From positions 96,001 through 160,000 of the IMG/VR virus record IMGVR_UViG_3300032116_000013: a DNA stretch of 64,000 nt; one strand, given 5' to 3'. The first letter of the stretch is position 1; the number at the start of each line of letters is the position of its first letter. This document shows, one piece after another, positions 36,601-51,216 of this stretch. The position numbers were made by a program, and so were the translations under genes. The notes under the pieces were generated by a model. That model had not been told where the DNA came from. It did no database searches and was given only the letters and a program-made list of their open reading frames with translations. The DNA comes from a virus.

Positions 36601-39549
36601 ATGGCATCGGCTTACGACGAAGTAAAGTATGGATCATCCAGAAGAAATAAGAACAGAAGAATCCAAGAAAATTTGTTTTTAAGTAAAACAGATCCAGAAT
36701 ACACTCAAAGCAAAGTTGGACTAACGCCTTTTATTCGTGAGAATGATGTAAATTTTGCTGCTAGAAATTTAAAACCAGACGCAGTCCCAAATTATTTTCT
36801 AGACGAAATTAAAGTTAATAATTTTTGTCAAAGAGCCTCTATAATCAATGTTGCTTCTAGTTCTGCACTTACATCGGTTAAAGTTAATCAAGGAATTTAT
36901 GGTTTAACATCAAAATCTTACGGTGAAGTCTTAGGCACTTCATTAACTGCAACTCAAAATTTAATTTATGTTAACAATAATTTTTTAACTATTAGAATAG
37001 AAAAAATTAATGATCCATTGAGTGCAACTGATTTTAAACTTGATGAACTTGTATATCAAACTGCACAAAATTCTCCTGCAGATCTACTCACATATACTGG
37101 TAAATTGGAGCCAGAATTTACATTCTTAGGAAAAGTAAAGAAGTGGGATTACGATCCAGCAAATCCTAATGTAGGATTCCTGGTTGTAGAACCGCTAACA
37201 GGTAGAGCAAATGTTCAGTCAACTTCTGCGACTTCTCATTATGTCTGGAATTTGTCTAGGGGTTACACTACAGTAAAACTCGCTAAGAGTTTGAATGCAA
37301 ATCAAAGATTCCAGGCAACTGAAACTCTACTCTATTCTGGAAATGGAACTCCATTTACCACTATGAGTTCTACGAATGCATACAGCGCATACTCTTCAGT
37401 GGTTCCTGGCGCAAATACTGCTAATATTCCAAATAGATCAATCATACTTTCTACAGATAATCTATCCAGAGATGCTCTTTCTACATTAATAGGAAACAAT
37501 ATTAATATTGTTTCAGGTACAAATATGGGCTTCTCAGCCAATGTTTTACAAGTAGTTTCTAACACAGCACTAGGATGTTTAGAAGCAATTGTTGATGCAA
37601 CTCTACCATCATACTCTACGTCAAATACAGTATATTCTATTGGAATGCATAAAGTAGATGACGTTGGCGGTCTATATGGAATATTCCATATCCCTTCGCA
37701 AGATAAACTTCGATGGTTGACTGGAGAAAGAGTATTTACTATCACAGATACTGCAACTCATAATGACAACAATTATAAAATGAGAGCAATATCCAAATAT
37801 ACTGTTCTAGGTAAATTAAACTCCACTGAAAACGCCAGAAATTTTGTTTTGAGAGAACAGACTCCAAGCAATCAACAGGCTGTTCCAAGTATTTTACAAG
37901 AAACACAGAAAATAAATGACAGAAAATACATGGCACAAACTTTCTTCACGCCAAAGGCTAATGAGATAGTCAATGGTCAAGTGAAGAATTCATATGGAAT
38001 ATTTTTAAGTTCTATTGATCTATTCTTTAAGTCTAAGCCTACTGATCCAGATGAATACTTGCCATTTACTGTAGCAATTTGTAAAGTGGAAAATGGATTA
38101 CCAAGCGATTCTATCATAGCAGAAAGAACATTAGAACCAGGATATATTAAAGTATCAGATAAACCTAGCACTGGTAATGTGCTATCTATGACTAAGTTTT
38201 CTTTCGCTGACCCAGTCTATTTGCTACCATCAACTGAATATGCGATTAAATTAATTACTGAATCTCCAGATTATGAGGTTTGGACTGCAACAATGGGCGC
38301 TGACTATACTGACGAAAGTGGTAATATTCGCAAAGTTTCAGATCAGCCTTATGTTGGTAATTTCTTTACTTCTCAAAATGCCTCTAACTGGAATCCTATT
38401 CTAAACAAAGATTTAATGTTTGTTTTAAATAGAGCATCTTTTGAAGCAAGCAAAGAACTATACTTTACTGTTGCTGCTGATTCTGATACTATCAAAAATA
38501 TAGTTATGGACGCTGTTAAAATTTCTGCAACAGAGCAGCAATTTGCTCCAACTTCTATCAAATATGAAATTAAAACTTTATTGACTGATGGAACAACAGT
38601 AGCGGATTTTGTTAAATTAGACAATAATGAAATCTATAACTTTGGAAAAGACACAGATATCTCTAGCATAAATTCTAAGAGAAGAAGATTAATTCCTGTT
38701 GCAAATGTGACCTCACTAAACGTAAAGGTTACTATGTCTACAACAGACTCTACTGTTTCCCCAATCATCAATAGAGAAAGATTTGGATTATTTACAATTC
38801 AAAACATTATTAATAATGCTGGTATCTCTAATAACTTGATTTCTATTACAAGTTCTGGAACTCATATCAATCCAGCAAATATTAATGTTGAAATTAGCGA
38901 ACCTGATTTTGGTGGAAATAGAGCAACTGCTAATGTAACACCTGCTCTATTCAGTTCTGGTAAGGTTCTTGGAATAAATATTATAAATCCAGGTTCTGGA
39001 TATTTCTCAACACCAACAATTAAAATTACTGAAGTTGGATCGTCATCCAATGCTACTGCTGTGGTAAACGGTGAGACTGATTCTTCTGGTGGTAATATTC
39101 TTGCCAAGTATCAAACAAAAATTGTGACTTTAGCAGATGGATTTGATTCTGGTGATCTAGTTGTTAAAATGGAAGCAATTAAACCTTCTGGCACTGAAAT
39201 TGCTGTGTATTTCAAGGTTCTATCTGCTCTAGATAACGAATCTATCACAGTCAAGAAGTGGCAAAGAATGAGAGAAACTACTAACCCATCTAAATACTCT
39301 CCAGATCAAGTAACAAAAGTTCCTATTGAGTTTAGACAATCATTAGATAACGGACAAATAGAATACTTTGAAGGCGGCAAGTCATATCCTCTAGGTGGAA
39401 CATTTAAATATTTTGCAATCAAAATCAGAATGACTGCTCAAGATCCTACTGTTGTTCCTATGGTTGAGTCTCTAAAGGTAATCGCAGTTCCAGGCGAAAT
39501 ACCTCTCAAGAAGGATGTCGACGGCGGCTTGTACGCAGGTACTGTGTAA
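36601..39549 (+). CDS. Large virion structural protein (DUF4815/VrlC-like, C-terminal part)
   Basis: PFIRE, AQTFF, LSSIDLFFKSK, YAIKL, QNASNW...DLMF and FKYFAIKI. Confidence 0.75.
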   Translation: MASAYDEVKYGSSRRNKNRRIQENLFLSKTDPEYTQSKVGLTPFIRENDVNFAARNLKPDAVPNYFLDEIKVNNFCQRASIINVASSSALTSVKVNQGIYGLTSKSYGEVLGTSLTATQNLIYVNNNFLTIRIEKINDPLSATDFKLDELVYQTAQNSPADLLTYTGKLEPEFTFLGKVKKWDYDPANPNVGFLVVEPLTGRANVQSTSATSHYVWNLSRGYTTVKLAKSLNANQRFQATETLLYSGNGTPFTTMSSTNAYSAYSSVVPGANTANIPNRSIILSTDNLSRDALSTLIGNNINIVSGTNMGFSANVLQVVSNTALGCLEAIVDATLPSYSTSNTVYSIGMHKVDDVGGLYGIFHIPSQDKLRWLTGERVFTITDTATHNDNNYKMRAISKYTVLGKLNSTENARNFVLREQTPSNQQAVPSILQETQKINDRKYMAQTFFTPKANEIVNGQVKNSYGIFLSSIDLFFKSKPTDPDEYLPFTVAICKVENGLPSDSIIAERTLEPGYIKVSDKPSTGNVLSMTKFSFADPVYLLPSTEYAIKLITESPDYEVWTATMGADYTDESGNIRKVSDQPYVGNFFTSQNASNWNPILNKDLMFVLNRASFEASKELYFTVAADSDTIKNIVMDAVKISATEQQFAPTSIKYEIKTLLTDGTTVADFVKLDNNEIYNFGKDTDISSINSKRRRLIPVANVTSLNVKVTMSTTDSTVSPIINRERFGLFTIQNIINNAGISNNLISITSSGTHINPANINVEISEPDFGGNRATANVTPALFSSGKVLGINIINPGSGYFSTPTIKITEVGSSSNATAVVNGETDSSGGNILAKYQTKIVTLADGFDSGDLVVKMEAIKPSGTEIAVYFKVLSALDNESITVKKWQRMRETTNPSKYSPDQVTKVPIEFRQSLDNGQIEYFEGGKSYPLGGTFKYFAIKIRMTAQDPTVVPMVESLKVIAVPGEIPLKKDVDGGLYAGTV

Positions 39550-39550
39550 T

Positions 39551-39757
39551 ATGAAAGTTCAAATTGAAGGAACACAATACAGTCGAGATTTGACTAATAT
39601 GGCTGTACTGTGTACAGATAATTCCATTGCTGAAAAGTACAAAAGAGATTTAATGTCTCACTATCAAAATCAGCGTAGGGATGAAGAAATAAATATGCTA
39701 AAACAAGAGATGTCCCAAATTAAAACTATGTTAAAAGAATTGATTGACAGAGGATAA
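39551..39757 (+). CDS. Small coiled-coil protein conserved after VrlC-like genes
   Basis: MKVQIEG...RD..NMAVL...EINMLKQEMSQIKTMLKEL. Confidence 0.65.
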   Translation: MKVQIEGTQYSRDLTNMAVLCTDNSIAEKYKRDLMSHYQNQRRDEEINMLKQEMSQIKTMLKELIDRG

Positions 39758-39758
39758 A

Positions 39759-41255
39759 ATGGCAAACGCAAATATTTCAATTGTAAATTTAGTTAATACG
39801 TTTGATGAATGGCGTACAGCCACAAATGTCCTAATTCAAGACAGAAACATTCTCAGAAATCATGCTTATGTGAAGGATGAGTCTGATTTTATACTGGCTA
39901 ATGGTGCAATTACTCTTGCTAGATCCACCAATGGAACTCTCTTAACACTATTGGGTTATGCCAATGCTTACATTGGTGGTGACGTTAGCACAGGCAATTT
40001 AACTGTTCGTCAGAATGCAACTATAGGTAATTTGACTGTCACAGGCAGACAAACTAATCTAGGCGATGTTGTAAATGATTCTGATAAAATTGTATTAAGA
40101 GCAACTTCATCTACTGATGGGACTGGAACTCTTAGAGTAAACAGAGGATTGCCAACTAAAAATGCTGAGATATATTTCAATAATACAGCAGAAGTCTGGC
40201 AGACTAACTATGATACATCAACTCAAACGTATAAAACAATTTTAACAACTGCAAACGTAATAGATTCAGTCACATCAACTAGTACTGCAAATGCTGCTGC
40301 GCCGAATTCAGTAAAATTAGCATATGATACTGCTGGCGCTGCAGCAAATACAACCAGAGTTTCAGCAAACGGTCTGTCTACTCTTTCGCTAAGAGGATTA
40401 AATTTTGTTAATACCGCTACTGTTACAGTAAGTATTACTGATGGCGCAGGTGCTGCTGCTGGTAATGCAAATATTGCATTTACAGCCACAAATATTTCTC
40501 CAGCGATCACAGTAAAAGATGAAGGAACAAATTTAACTACAACTCTTTCTAGTATAGATTTCACAGGCACAGGCGTCACAGCATCTGCTGTTGGAAATGC
40601 TGTTACTGTAAACATTCCAAGTGCAGGTGGTTCACAAGGTATTCAAGGTCTCCAAGGCATTCAAGGAATACAAGGAATACAAGGACCACAAGGATTACAA
40701 GGTCGCCAAGGAATACAAGGAATACAAGGACCACAAGGTCTTCAGGGTATACAAGGTCCTCAAAGTGTTCAAGGTCTACAAGGGTTACAGGGCATTCAAG
40801 GAATACAAGGACCAACAGGTATTGCAGGAACTCAATATCTTCATCATGTAACCAGTGGTTACACCAGCAGCGGAAAAGTTCATGTTCGTTCTTCTGCACC
40901 ACCAGCAGGAAATACTCAAGGCGACATTTGGATTGATACTGCTGGTACTGAAGGGTTCGATCAAATTCTTACTTCCAATGGATATACGAAACTTCCGAAT
41001 GGATTAATTATGCAATGGGGTTATTGGGAATCTACATCAACTTTTGTAGGCGAGCAAGCAATAGTATTCCCTACAACATTCCCAACTGCATTTTTAAATG
41101 CAACTGCTACTGCGATAGGAGTAGATGGAAATTCAGACTGCTGGGCGGAAGTAACTTGGCAAACGCCAACTACTACAGGCATGACTGTAAGGTTACAGAC
41201 TACTCGCGCAGGTGCAGCAACTAAGGGCTTTTATTGGACAGCAATAGGATATTAA
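39759..41255 (+). CDS. Tail fibre with short G-X-Q collagen and a C-terminal gp53-like/lectin-type tip
   Basis: NTFDEWR..TN anchor, QGIQGLQG run and [15 protein letters not shown] tip. Confidence 0.75.
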   Translation: MANANISIVNLVNTFDEWRTATNVLIQDRNILRNHAYVKDESDFILANGAITLARSTNGTLLTLLGYANAYIGGDVSTGNLTVRQNATIGNLTVTGRQTNLGDVVNDSDKIVLRATSSTDGTGTLRVNRGLPTKNAEIYFNNTAEVWQTNYDTSTQTYKTILTTANVIDSVTSTSTANAAAPNSVKLAYDTAGAAANTTRVSANGLSTLSLRGLNFVNTATVTVSITDGAGAAAGNANIAFTATNISPAITVKDEGTNLTTTLSSIDFTGTGVTASAVGNAVTVNIPSAGGSQGIQGLQGIQGIQGIQGPQGLQGRQGIQGIQGPQGLQGIQGPQSVQGLQGLQGIQGIQGPTGIAGTQYLHHVTSGYTSSGKVHVRSSAPPAGNTQGDIWIDTAGTEGFDQILTSNGYTKLPNGLIMQWGYWESTSTFVGEQAIVFPTTFPTAFLNATATAIGVDGNSDCWAEVTWQTPTTTGMTVRLQTTRAGAATKGFYWTAIGY

Positions 41256-41256
41256 T

Positions 41257-41628
41257 ATGACAATTTATTATAGCAGCACTGGTAGAGGTTTCTACGATAC
41301 AACTCTGAACTACGCAAGTCTTCCTGATGATATTATTGAAGTAACACCAGAACAACACTACGCACTCCTTAAAGAAATTAATAGCAATAATAAAGTTATT
41401 GTTGTGGTTGATGGTGCAATTCAACTAAAGGAAAGACCTGCTCCAGCTAAAACTTGGGAACAAATCAGAATCCAGCGTAATTATTTGTTGGCTGAATCTG
41501 ATTATACTCAGTTACCAGATTTTTCTGGCGACAAAGAGGCTTGGGCAGCATATCGTTTACAACTGAGAGATATTACAATCACATTCTCTACTCCAGATGA
41601 AGTTGTATTTCCGCAAAAACCAAATTAA
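41257..41628 (+). CDS. Tail fibre assembly chaperone
   Basis: YYSSTGRGFY...IRIQRNYLLAESDYTQLPD...WAAYRLQLRDI...VVFPQKP. Confidence 0.85.
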   Translation: MTIYYSSTGRGFYDTTLNYASLPDDIIEVTPEQHYALLKEINSNNKVIVVVDGAIQLKERPAPAKTWEQIRIQRNYLLAESDYTQLPDFSGDKEAWAAYRLQLRDITITFSTPDEVVFPQKPN

Positions 41629-41655
41629 ATTTTAATTTGGCAGTTGATAATTTAA

Positions 41656-45609
<3,954 letters not shown>

Positions 45610-45642
45610 ATAAATGATTGATGAATCAAAGGAAATCAATTC

Positions 45643-46347
45643 ATGGCTTTATTAAGAGTGTGGAACGGGACCACTTGGGTCAAACCATATTTTAATAAAA
45701 CCAGAATATGGAACGGTTCACAGTGGGCATACACAAAAACTAAATTTTGGAAAGATGGTCAGTGGAAAGAATCATCAATAACTATCACTCCAGATATTTT
45801 TAACTCTGGTGTATCTCAAAATATTATTGCTCCTCCTAACTCATTTAGCGTTGTTATTAAACTTTGGGGTGGTGGTGGTGCTGGTTCCTCAATTGCTAAT
45901 GGTTATGGTGCAGGCGGCGGTGGTGGTGCGTATTGTCAAAAAACTATGGCAGTCACAGCAGGTGTTACAGCATTTACATATTCAGTTGCTGCTCAAACAG
46001 CATTAACAGCATATGGAAATCAAAATCCAGCAAGCGGCTATTATTCTGAAGTAACAGGAGCAGTAACATTGTTTGCTGGTGGTGGTGGTAGTGGATATGG
46101 TAATCCTGCTTTAGGTGGTCTAGGTGGATCAGCAACTGGCGGTGATCTAAATATCTCAGGTAACAATGGTTTAGATGCAGTATTTGGTGGTAATGGTGGA
46201 AATGCTGCATATGGCGGAGGAGCAGGTGGAACTGGTTCCGCAGGCGCTGGTGCTGCTCCTGGTGGTGGTGGCGCAGGCGGACAAGATGACGCAGGTGGTC
46301 GCGGCGCAGCAGGAAGAATTATTTTTGAGTGGTATATAAGCGAATAA
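45643..46347 (+). CDS. Glycine-rich fibre-associated protein
   Basis: WNG repeats at the N-terminus, then IKLWGGGGAG...GAGGGGGAY...GAAGRIIFEW. Confidence 0.7.
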   Translation: MALLRVWNGTTWVKPYFNKTRIWNGSQWAYTKTKFWKDGQWKESSITITPDIFNSGVSQNIIAPPNSFSVVIKLWGGGGAGSSIANGYGAGGGGGAYCQKTMAVTAGVTAFTYSVAAQTALTAYGNQNPASGYYSEVTGAVTLFAGGGGSGYGNPALGGLGGSATGGDLNISGNNGLDAVFGGNGGNAAYGGGAGGTGSAGAGAAPGGGGAGGQDDAGGRGAAGRIIFEWYISE

Positions 46348-46373
46348 GTAAATACTAACATAGGCAGAATTTA

Positions 46374-49300
46374 ATGGCAGACGATAGAATTATTCATAAA
46401 AGATCTGGAACTTCTCAAGAAGTTCCGACCGCCGATCAATTAGTATTCGGCGAACTGGCTGTTAATTACGCCGATGGTCGTTTGTTCACTAAACTGTTAG
46501 ATGGTTCTGTTACTGATCTAACAGGTTTGCCTGAATCTAATAATACAATTTATGTTTCTTTGGGTGGTAATGATAATAATAACGGTAAAGAACCCGCTGC
46601 TGCTAAAAGAACAATCAAAGCAGCATTGAATGCTGCTACTCCATTTACAACTATTGATATTTCTGCTGGAGTTTTTGAAGAAGATACTCCTTTGATTATG
46701 CCACAATTTACAACGATTCACGGCATCGATCAGCGTATTACAACAGTTAGACCATTAAGTGCAACATTTACTGCAACAATTTCAGGGACAACAATGACTG
46801 TAACAGCAGTCACAAAAGGTCGCCTAAAAATTGGCATGCAATTAAGTGGAACTGGAATTACAACAGGAACAAAAATTACTGATTTTGTTTCTGGTGATGT
46901 GATGGGATTTGTTGGCGTCTATACTATCAGCACTTCTCATACTATCGCATCACCTACCACTATTAATGCAATTTCTTTAAGAGATATTTTCTGGGTAAAT
47001 AATTCTTGCTACATTGCTGGTCTAGCAATGAGAGGTCATTTAAGTCCATCATTTGCTGTAGCATTCCCAGACGTTGTTGAAACTGGAACAGCAGAAGGTC
47101 CTGGTCCTGGCGCTAATACAATTGTTCTAGATAGAAGACATGCCGTCACTGGAGACGGTTTAGATGATTATTATCGCGAGATGAGATTACAAATCACCAG
47201 TGGAACTGGCGCAGGACAAACTAGAAATGTTCTTTCGTATAGCACAGAAACTAGAACAGCGTATCTAGATGCTAACTGGACTACAGCAATCAATTCAACA
47301 TCAGTCTACAAGATAGATATTGAAATTCCTGCTGTTCCAAATCTTCCAGTTACAAAAAGATACAGCCAACACATTACAGCCTCTCCATATCTCTACAATC
47401 TTGCATCAGTAACTACAACTGGTTCAGGGATGGAGATCGATGGATTTAAAGCGGCTGGACTTCGCTCATTCGTATCTGCGCAGTTTACGCAGTTTAACTC
47501 TGGTGGTGAAGGCGTCGTCATTAAGAACATGGGCTATGCTCAGTTGGTTTCCATTTATGGTATTTGCTGTGATGTTGCATTTAGAGCAGAATCTGGCGGC
47601 ACAGCATCAATGGGTAACTGTAACGTCAACTTCGGTAATCGCGGTCTAGTGGCAAATGGCGTTGGTCCATTGCTAATGACAGGCAAATCTGGCTTCGTGT
47701 ATAATGAAACAAAATGCTCAAGAGACACAAAATTAATTGTTGATGCAGTCGCTCAAGACTTGTTGTTCGGTGGTCAGTCTCAGTCAACATTTGCTGGTAT
47801 TCAATATTGGAACCAAGATCCACTTACAGCAACCAGCGCATCTTCAATTGCAATCGGAACAGGTTCAAAAGCATTCAATGTCGGAACTGGAGTTGCAAGT
47901 TTAGATGCTGGTGAGTATGTCAAGGTAGTTTACGATGAAGATAATATGATGTATGGTACAATTACATCATATGTTGGATCAACTCTTACACTAAACATTA
48001 CTCACGTAGTTGGTAGCGGAACATATGCTAGTTGGTCTATTTACACACCAGGTTCCCTCGAAGTTCCTGCTTCTCAGATAACTGCCACATACCAAGCAAT
48101 TCAACAGGCTGGTATTATAGCAGCAACTTTTGTTGCAACTACTGCAGAAAAGAATTTCGTTACTGCCGCATGCAATAAAATTGTAGATATCATTCGATAC
48201 GGAACAGCAAGATTAACAGATCAAATAGTACCAAACACTTTAGATGCTAGCACAGTTGGCGCTGTGACTGCTGCATATTCAGCCTTGCAAACTAATAAGG
48301 GAAGCAAGACAACTGCTGGAAGTATCATCAAATTAACTCTAGACTGGATTCAGGCTAACTATCCAGCATTGTATGCAGATTCTGCAATTATGGATCGCTG
48401 CGCAACTGACTTAGGATATATCGTTGACTGCGTTTCATTCGATCTTTTGTACAATGCAGATCCAACTTACGCTGCACCATCAAATAAACAAACCATTCAG
48501 GCTGGTGTGTACTATTATGGTTACACGTCAGTGAGTGCAGTTGGTGATGAAATTCCTCAAACTGTTGCTGCTTATGAAAGAATTAAGGCTCTTGCAGCAT
48601 ATGTTGCTATGGACACCGCTGTTCCAGCAGATCTAAAATATCAATCAGCAGTTGCACAAGACCTAACTGGTTCAGGCGGAACATCAACTCAAGCAGCAAC
48701 TTCTAACACTAATTTGACTTGGATCACCAATATTATTCAGAACGGTCCATCCGTTGTTCCTTCTAACTTGTTTACACCTATTCCTTTGACTAGAAGCAGC
48801 GATCCTAATGTTCAAAACGCTGCTAGATTGTTAAAGTTGAATAGAGATTTCATTGCTGCTGAAACTACTGCTTATCTAAACACAGTATTTGGTGGCAATA
48901 ATCAGACAGGATTTACGATCAGAGTAAGTAATATTGTTCCTGTAACTGATATTCGATTCAATATTACACCAGACACGAAACCATATCTCGGTCTTGTAAT
49001 GCAAATTGAAGGTGAAACAACCCTTGATATTCAATTAGGACCAGGATATACTGTCGGCGATGTAATTAAGGTTTCATATGATGCTTCGAACTTCTTCGTC
49101 GGAACAGTTATTGCTTGGGATACTGTAACTGAAACTGCTACGATATCAATTTCAAGTACGACAGGATCAGGCACATACTCCAACTGGAATACAATCATTA
49201 ATGGGCAAACTGCTCCTAATGGAAAACCAGGAAGATTCACGCAAAATATTACTCTCCCAGTTACTGGCACAATATCAATTCCAGGATTGGATACAAGTCT

Positions 49301-49736
49301 TGTAATTCCAAAATACAGAACTATTCTTGCTGCTGAAACTTCAGGTGATATAACTACGCTTGAGTTGGATGAACGAATAACTGGTGCATTAACAATTAAT
49401 GGTGTTGCTTATCCAAACGGACTACCTAAAGGCACTAATGTGAAGTTCTATCAGAAGTCTGCTCTTTCTGCTTCAGGTCAAACATTTGAATTCGTTGGTT
49501 CTGGAACATCTGTTGCTACAGCACTTCCTAGAAACGGCGGCGACATTATTCAAGCAAATGAAACCGTGTCAAGTAATGGTGGTATAGTATACTTCACCTC
49601 TACTGACCAATTCGGTAACTTTAGAATTGGTGAGGATTTGGTTATTAACTTCAATACAGGAACTTTGTCTGGTAGAACATTCACTAGATCATTGTTCGCT
49701 CAAATCACACCGTTCGTTCTTGCTCTAGACTCTTAA
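46374..49736 (+). CDS. Large virion protein with hyaluronidase/Mtd-like N-terminal anchor and probable beta-helix
   Basis: KRSGT...PTADQLVFGELAVNYADGRLF, YVSLGGNDNNNG...KRTIKAAL and C-terminal STDQFGNFRIG. Confidence 0.65.
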   Translation: MADDRIIHKRSGTSQEVPTADQLVFGELAVNYADGRLFTKLLDGSVTDLTGLPESNNTIYVSLGGNDNNNGKEPAAAKRTIKAALNAATPFTTIDISAGVFEEDTPLIMPQFTTIHGIDQRITTVRPLSATFTATISGTTMTVTAVTKGRLKIGMQLSGTGITTGTKITDFVSGDVMGFVGVYTISTSHTIASPTTINAISLRDIFWVNNSCYIAGLAMRGHLSPSFAVAFPDVVETGTAEGPGPGANTIVLDRRHAVTGDGLDDYYREMRLQITSGTGAGQTRNVLSYSTETRTAYLDANWTTAINSTSVYKIDIEIPAVPNLPVTKRYSQHITASPYLYNLASVTTTGSGMEIDGFKAAGLRSFVSAQFTQFNSGGEGVVIKNMGYAQLVSIYGICCDVAFRAESGGTASMGNCNVNFGNRGLVANGVGPLLMTGKSGFVYNETKCSRDTKLIVDAVAQDLLFGGQSQSTFAGIQYWNQDPLTATSASSIAIGTGSKAFNVGTGVASLDAGEYVKVVYDEDNMMYGTITSYVGSTLTLNITHVVGSGTYASWSIYTPGSLEVPASQITATYQAIQQAGIIAATFVATTAEKNFVTAACNKIVDIIRYGTARLTDQIVPNTLDASTVGAVTAAYSALQTNKGSKTTAGSIIKLTLDWIQANYPALYADSAIMDRCATDLGYIVDCVSFDLLYNADPTYAAPSNKQTIQAGVYYYGYTSVSAVGDEIPQTVAAYERIKALAAYVAMDTAVPADLKYQSAVAQDLTGSGGTSTQAATSNTNLTWITNIIQNGPSVVPSNLFTPIPLTRSSDPNVQNAARLLKLNRDFIAAETTAYLNTVFGGNNQTGFTIRVSNIVPVTDIRFNITPDTKPYLGLVMQIEGETTLDIQLGPGYTVGDVIKVSYDASNFFVGTVIAWDTVTETATISISSTTGSGTYSNWNTIINGQTAPNGKPGRFTQNITLPVTGTISIPGLDTSLVIPKYRTILAAETSGDITTLELDERITGALTINGVAYPNGLPKGTNVKFYQKSALSASGQTFEFVGSGTSVATALPRNGGDIIQANETVSSNGGIVYFTSTDQFGNFRIGEDLVINFNTGTLSGRTFTRSLFAQITPFVLALDS

Positions 49737-49755
49737 TAGAAAATAGGATAAAAAA

Positions 49756-50094
49756 ATGGCAGTACTAGTACCACTAAATACATTTAAGTCTTTAACGAAG
49801 ACAGTGACTAACGTAGATCAAATTGCATATACGGCTCCAATAGGAGTTTCAACAGTTGTTCTTCTTTCTCAGTTTGTAAACATTACTTCATCCTCGGGGA
49901 CTGTAACTGCTAAAATTGTAAAGAGCGGAACTCCGACAGAACTTATCAAAGATTTTGCAATTCCAGGAAATGATGCTGGAACTGTTTTAACAGGTAGATT
50001 AGTTTTAGAAGAAGGCGATCAAATCCTCATTAGTGCAAGTGATCTAAATAAATTTAAATTTATTTTTTCATATCTTGAAACCGCCAACGCTTAA
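49756..50094 (+). CDS. Small conserved virion-region protein
   Basis: YTAPIGVSTVVL...GRLVLEEGDQI; AGGA RBS. Confidence 0.6.
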   Translation: MAVLVPLNTFKSLTKTVTNVDQIAYTAPIGVSTVVLLSQFVNITSSSGTVTAKIVKSGTPTELIKDFAIPGNDAGTVLTGRLVLEEGDQILISASDLNKFKFIFSYLETANA

Positions 50095-50108
50095 AGAAGA
50101 TTTTAAAA

Positions 50109-51203
50109 ATGACAAAACTTATTAGTGGTAAAAAGAAAACAGTAGGTCCAGTCGCAGCACAGGACGTAACAACTCGTCATGATTTCGTAGATTTAAGTTT
50201 AGTTGAACCTAATCTTGGAATAAGCACTGTTGGATATGTTCTGTCATATGATCCCAGTGCTCCTGGTCACAGAAAATGGGTAGTTCCTGCTGTTCAAGGA
50301 ACTCAAGGAACAACTGGTGGTCAAGGAATCCAAGGTATTCAAGGCATTCAGGGTCTACAAGGCATCCAAGGTATTCAAGGTATTCAAGGTATTCAAGGGC
50401 TAGTTGGCTCTCAAGGTACTTCTGGTGTAAATCCACCAAGTATCCAAGGCATCCAAGGTATTCAAGGTATTCAAGGTATTCAGGGGCTAGTTGGCTCTCA
50501 AGGAACCTCAGGGGTATCACCCCCAACAGTGCAGGGTCTTCAAGGTATTCAAGGTATCCAAGGTATTCAGGGGTTAATAGGTTCACAAGGTTCCACAGGA
50601 ACTGCAATTAATGGCACCCAAGGTTTACAAGGCATCCAAGGTATTCAAGGTATTCAAGGTATTCAAGGGCTAATTGGTTCGCAGGGTGGAACTGGAACAG
50701 CGAGCCAGGGTTTACAAGGCATTCAAGGCATTCAAGGTATCCAAGGCATTCAAGGTTTACAAGGACCAAAAGGAGATACAACTGGTGGTAATGTCGGAGA
50801 CATAATACCAACACCTTCTGTTGCTGGTAGAGTCGCTGTTTTCAGTTCTCCTACTACGATTACAGGTTATCCAACATTTACATTTAACAACACTACTGGT
50901 ACAGTTACATCAGTTGACTACAATTCAACGTCAGATAAAAAGTTAAAAACCAATATTAAAAACATTGAAAATCCTCTACAGATAATCAATAAATTAAATG
51001 GTGTTACATTTAAGTGGATAAATCAAACTGATGCAACGACACACGTAGGTCTTATTGCACAAGAAGTTGAGAGCGTTATACCTTCTGCTGTAAGCGTTGA
51101 TCTTGGTGGATATCTAGCAGTTAGTTATGATAAACTTATCCCAGTTTTACTAGAGGCTGTTAAAGAATTGAATGAAAGAATAAAAGTTCTGGAAAACAAA
51201 TAG
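50109..51203 (+). CDS. Collagen-like fibre with C-terminal peptidase S74 intramolecular chaperone
   Basis: QGIQG repeats; SDKKLKTNI...GVTFKW...GLIAQEVE...YDKLIPVLLEAVKEL. Confidence 0.85.
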   Translation: MTKLISGKKKTVGPVAAQDVTTRHDFVDLSLVEPNLGISTVGYVLSYDPSAPGHRKWVVPAVQGTQGTTGGQGIQGIQGIQGLQGIQGIQGIQGIQGLVGSQGTSGVNPPSIQGIQGIQGIQGIQGLVGSQGTSGVSPPTVQGLQGIQGIQGIQGLIGSQGSTGTAINGTQGLQGIQGIQGIQGIQGLIGSQGGTGTASQGLQGIQGIQGIQGIQGLQGPKGDTTGGNVGDIIPTPSVAGRVAVFSSPTTITGYPTFTFNNTTGTVTSVDYNSTSDKKLKTNIKNIENPLQIINKLNGVTFKWINQTDATTHVGLIAQEVESVIPSAVSVDLGGYLAVSYDKLIPVLLEAVKELNERIKVLENK

Positions 51204-51216
51204 TAGGCGAAGTAAA

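Noticed and set aside
36560-36601. Readthrough or frameshift joining the two DUF4815-like genes
   Set aside because: Tandem stops plus an independent RBS; no slippery site or stem.
41620-41640. Inverted repeat CCAAATTA/TAATTTGG as a terminator
   Set aside because: AT-rich weak stem with no U tract; at most a processing or pause site.
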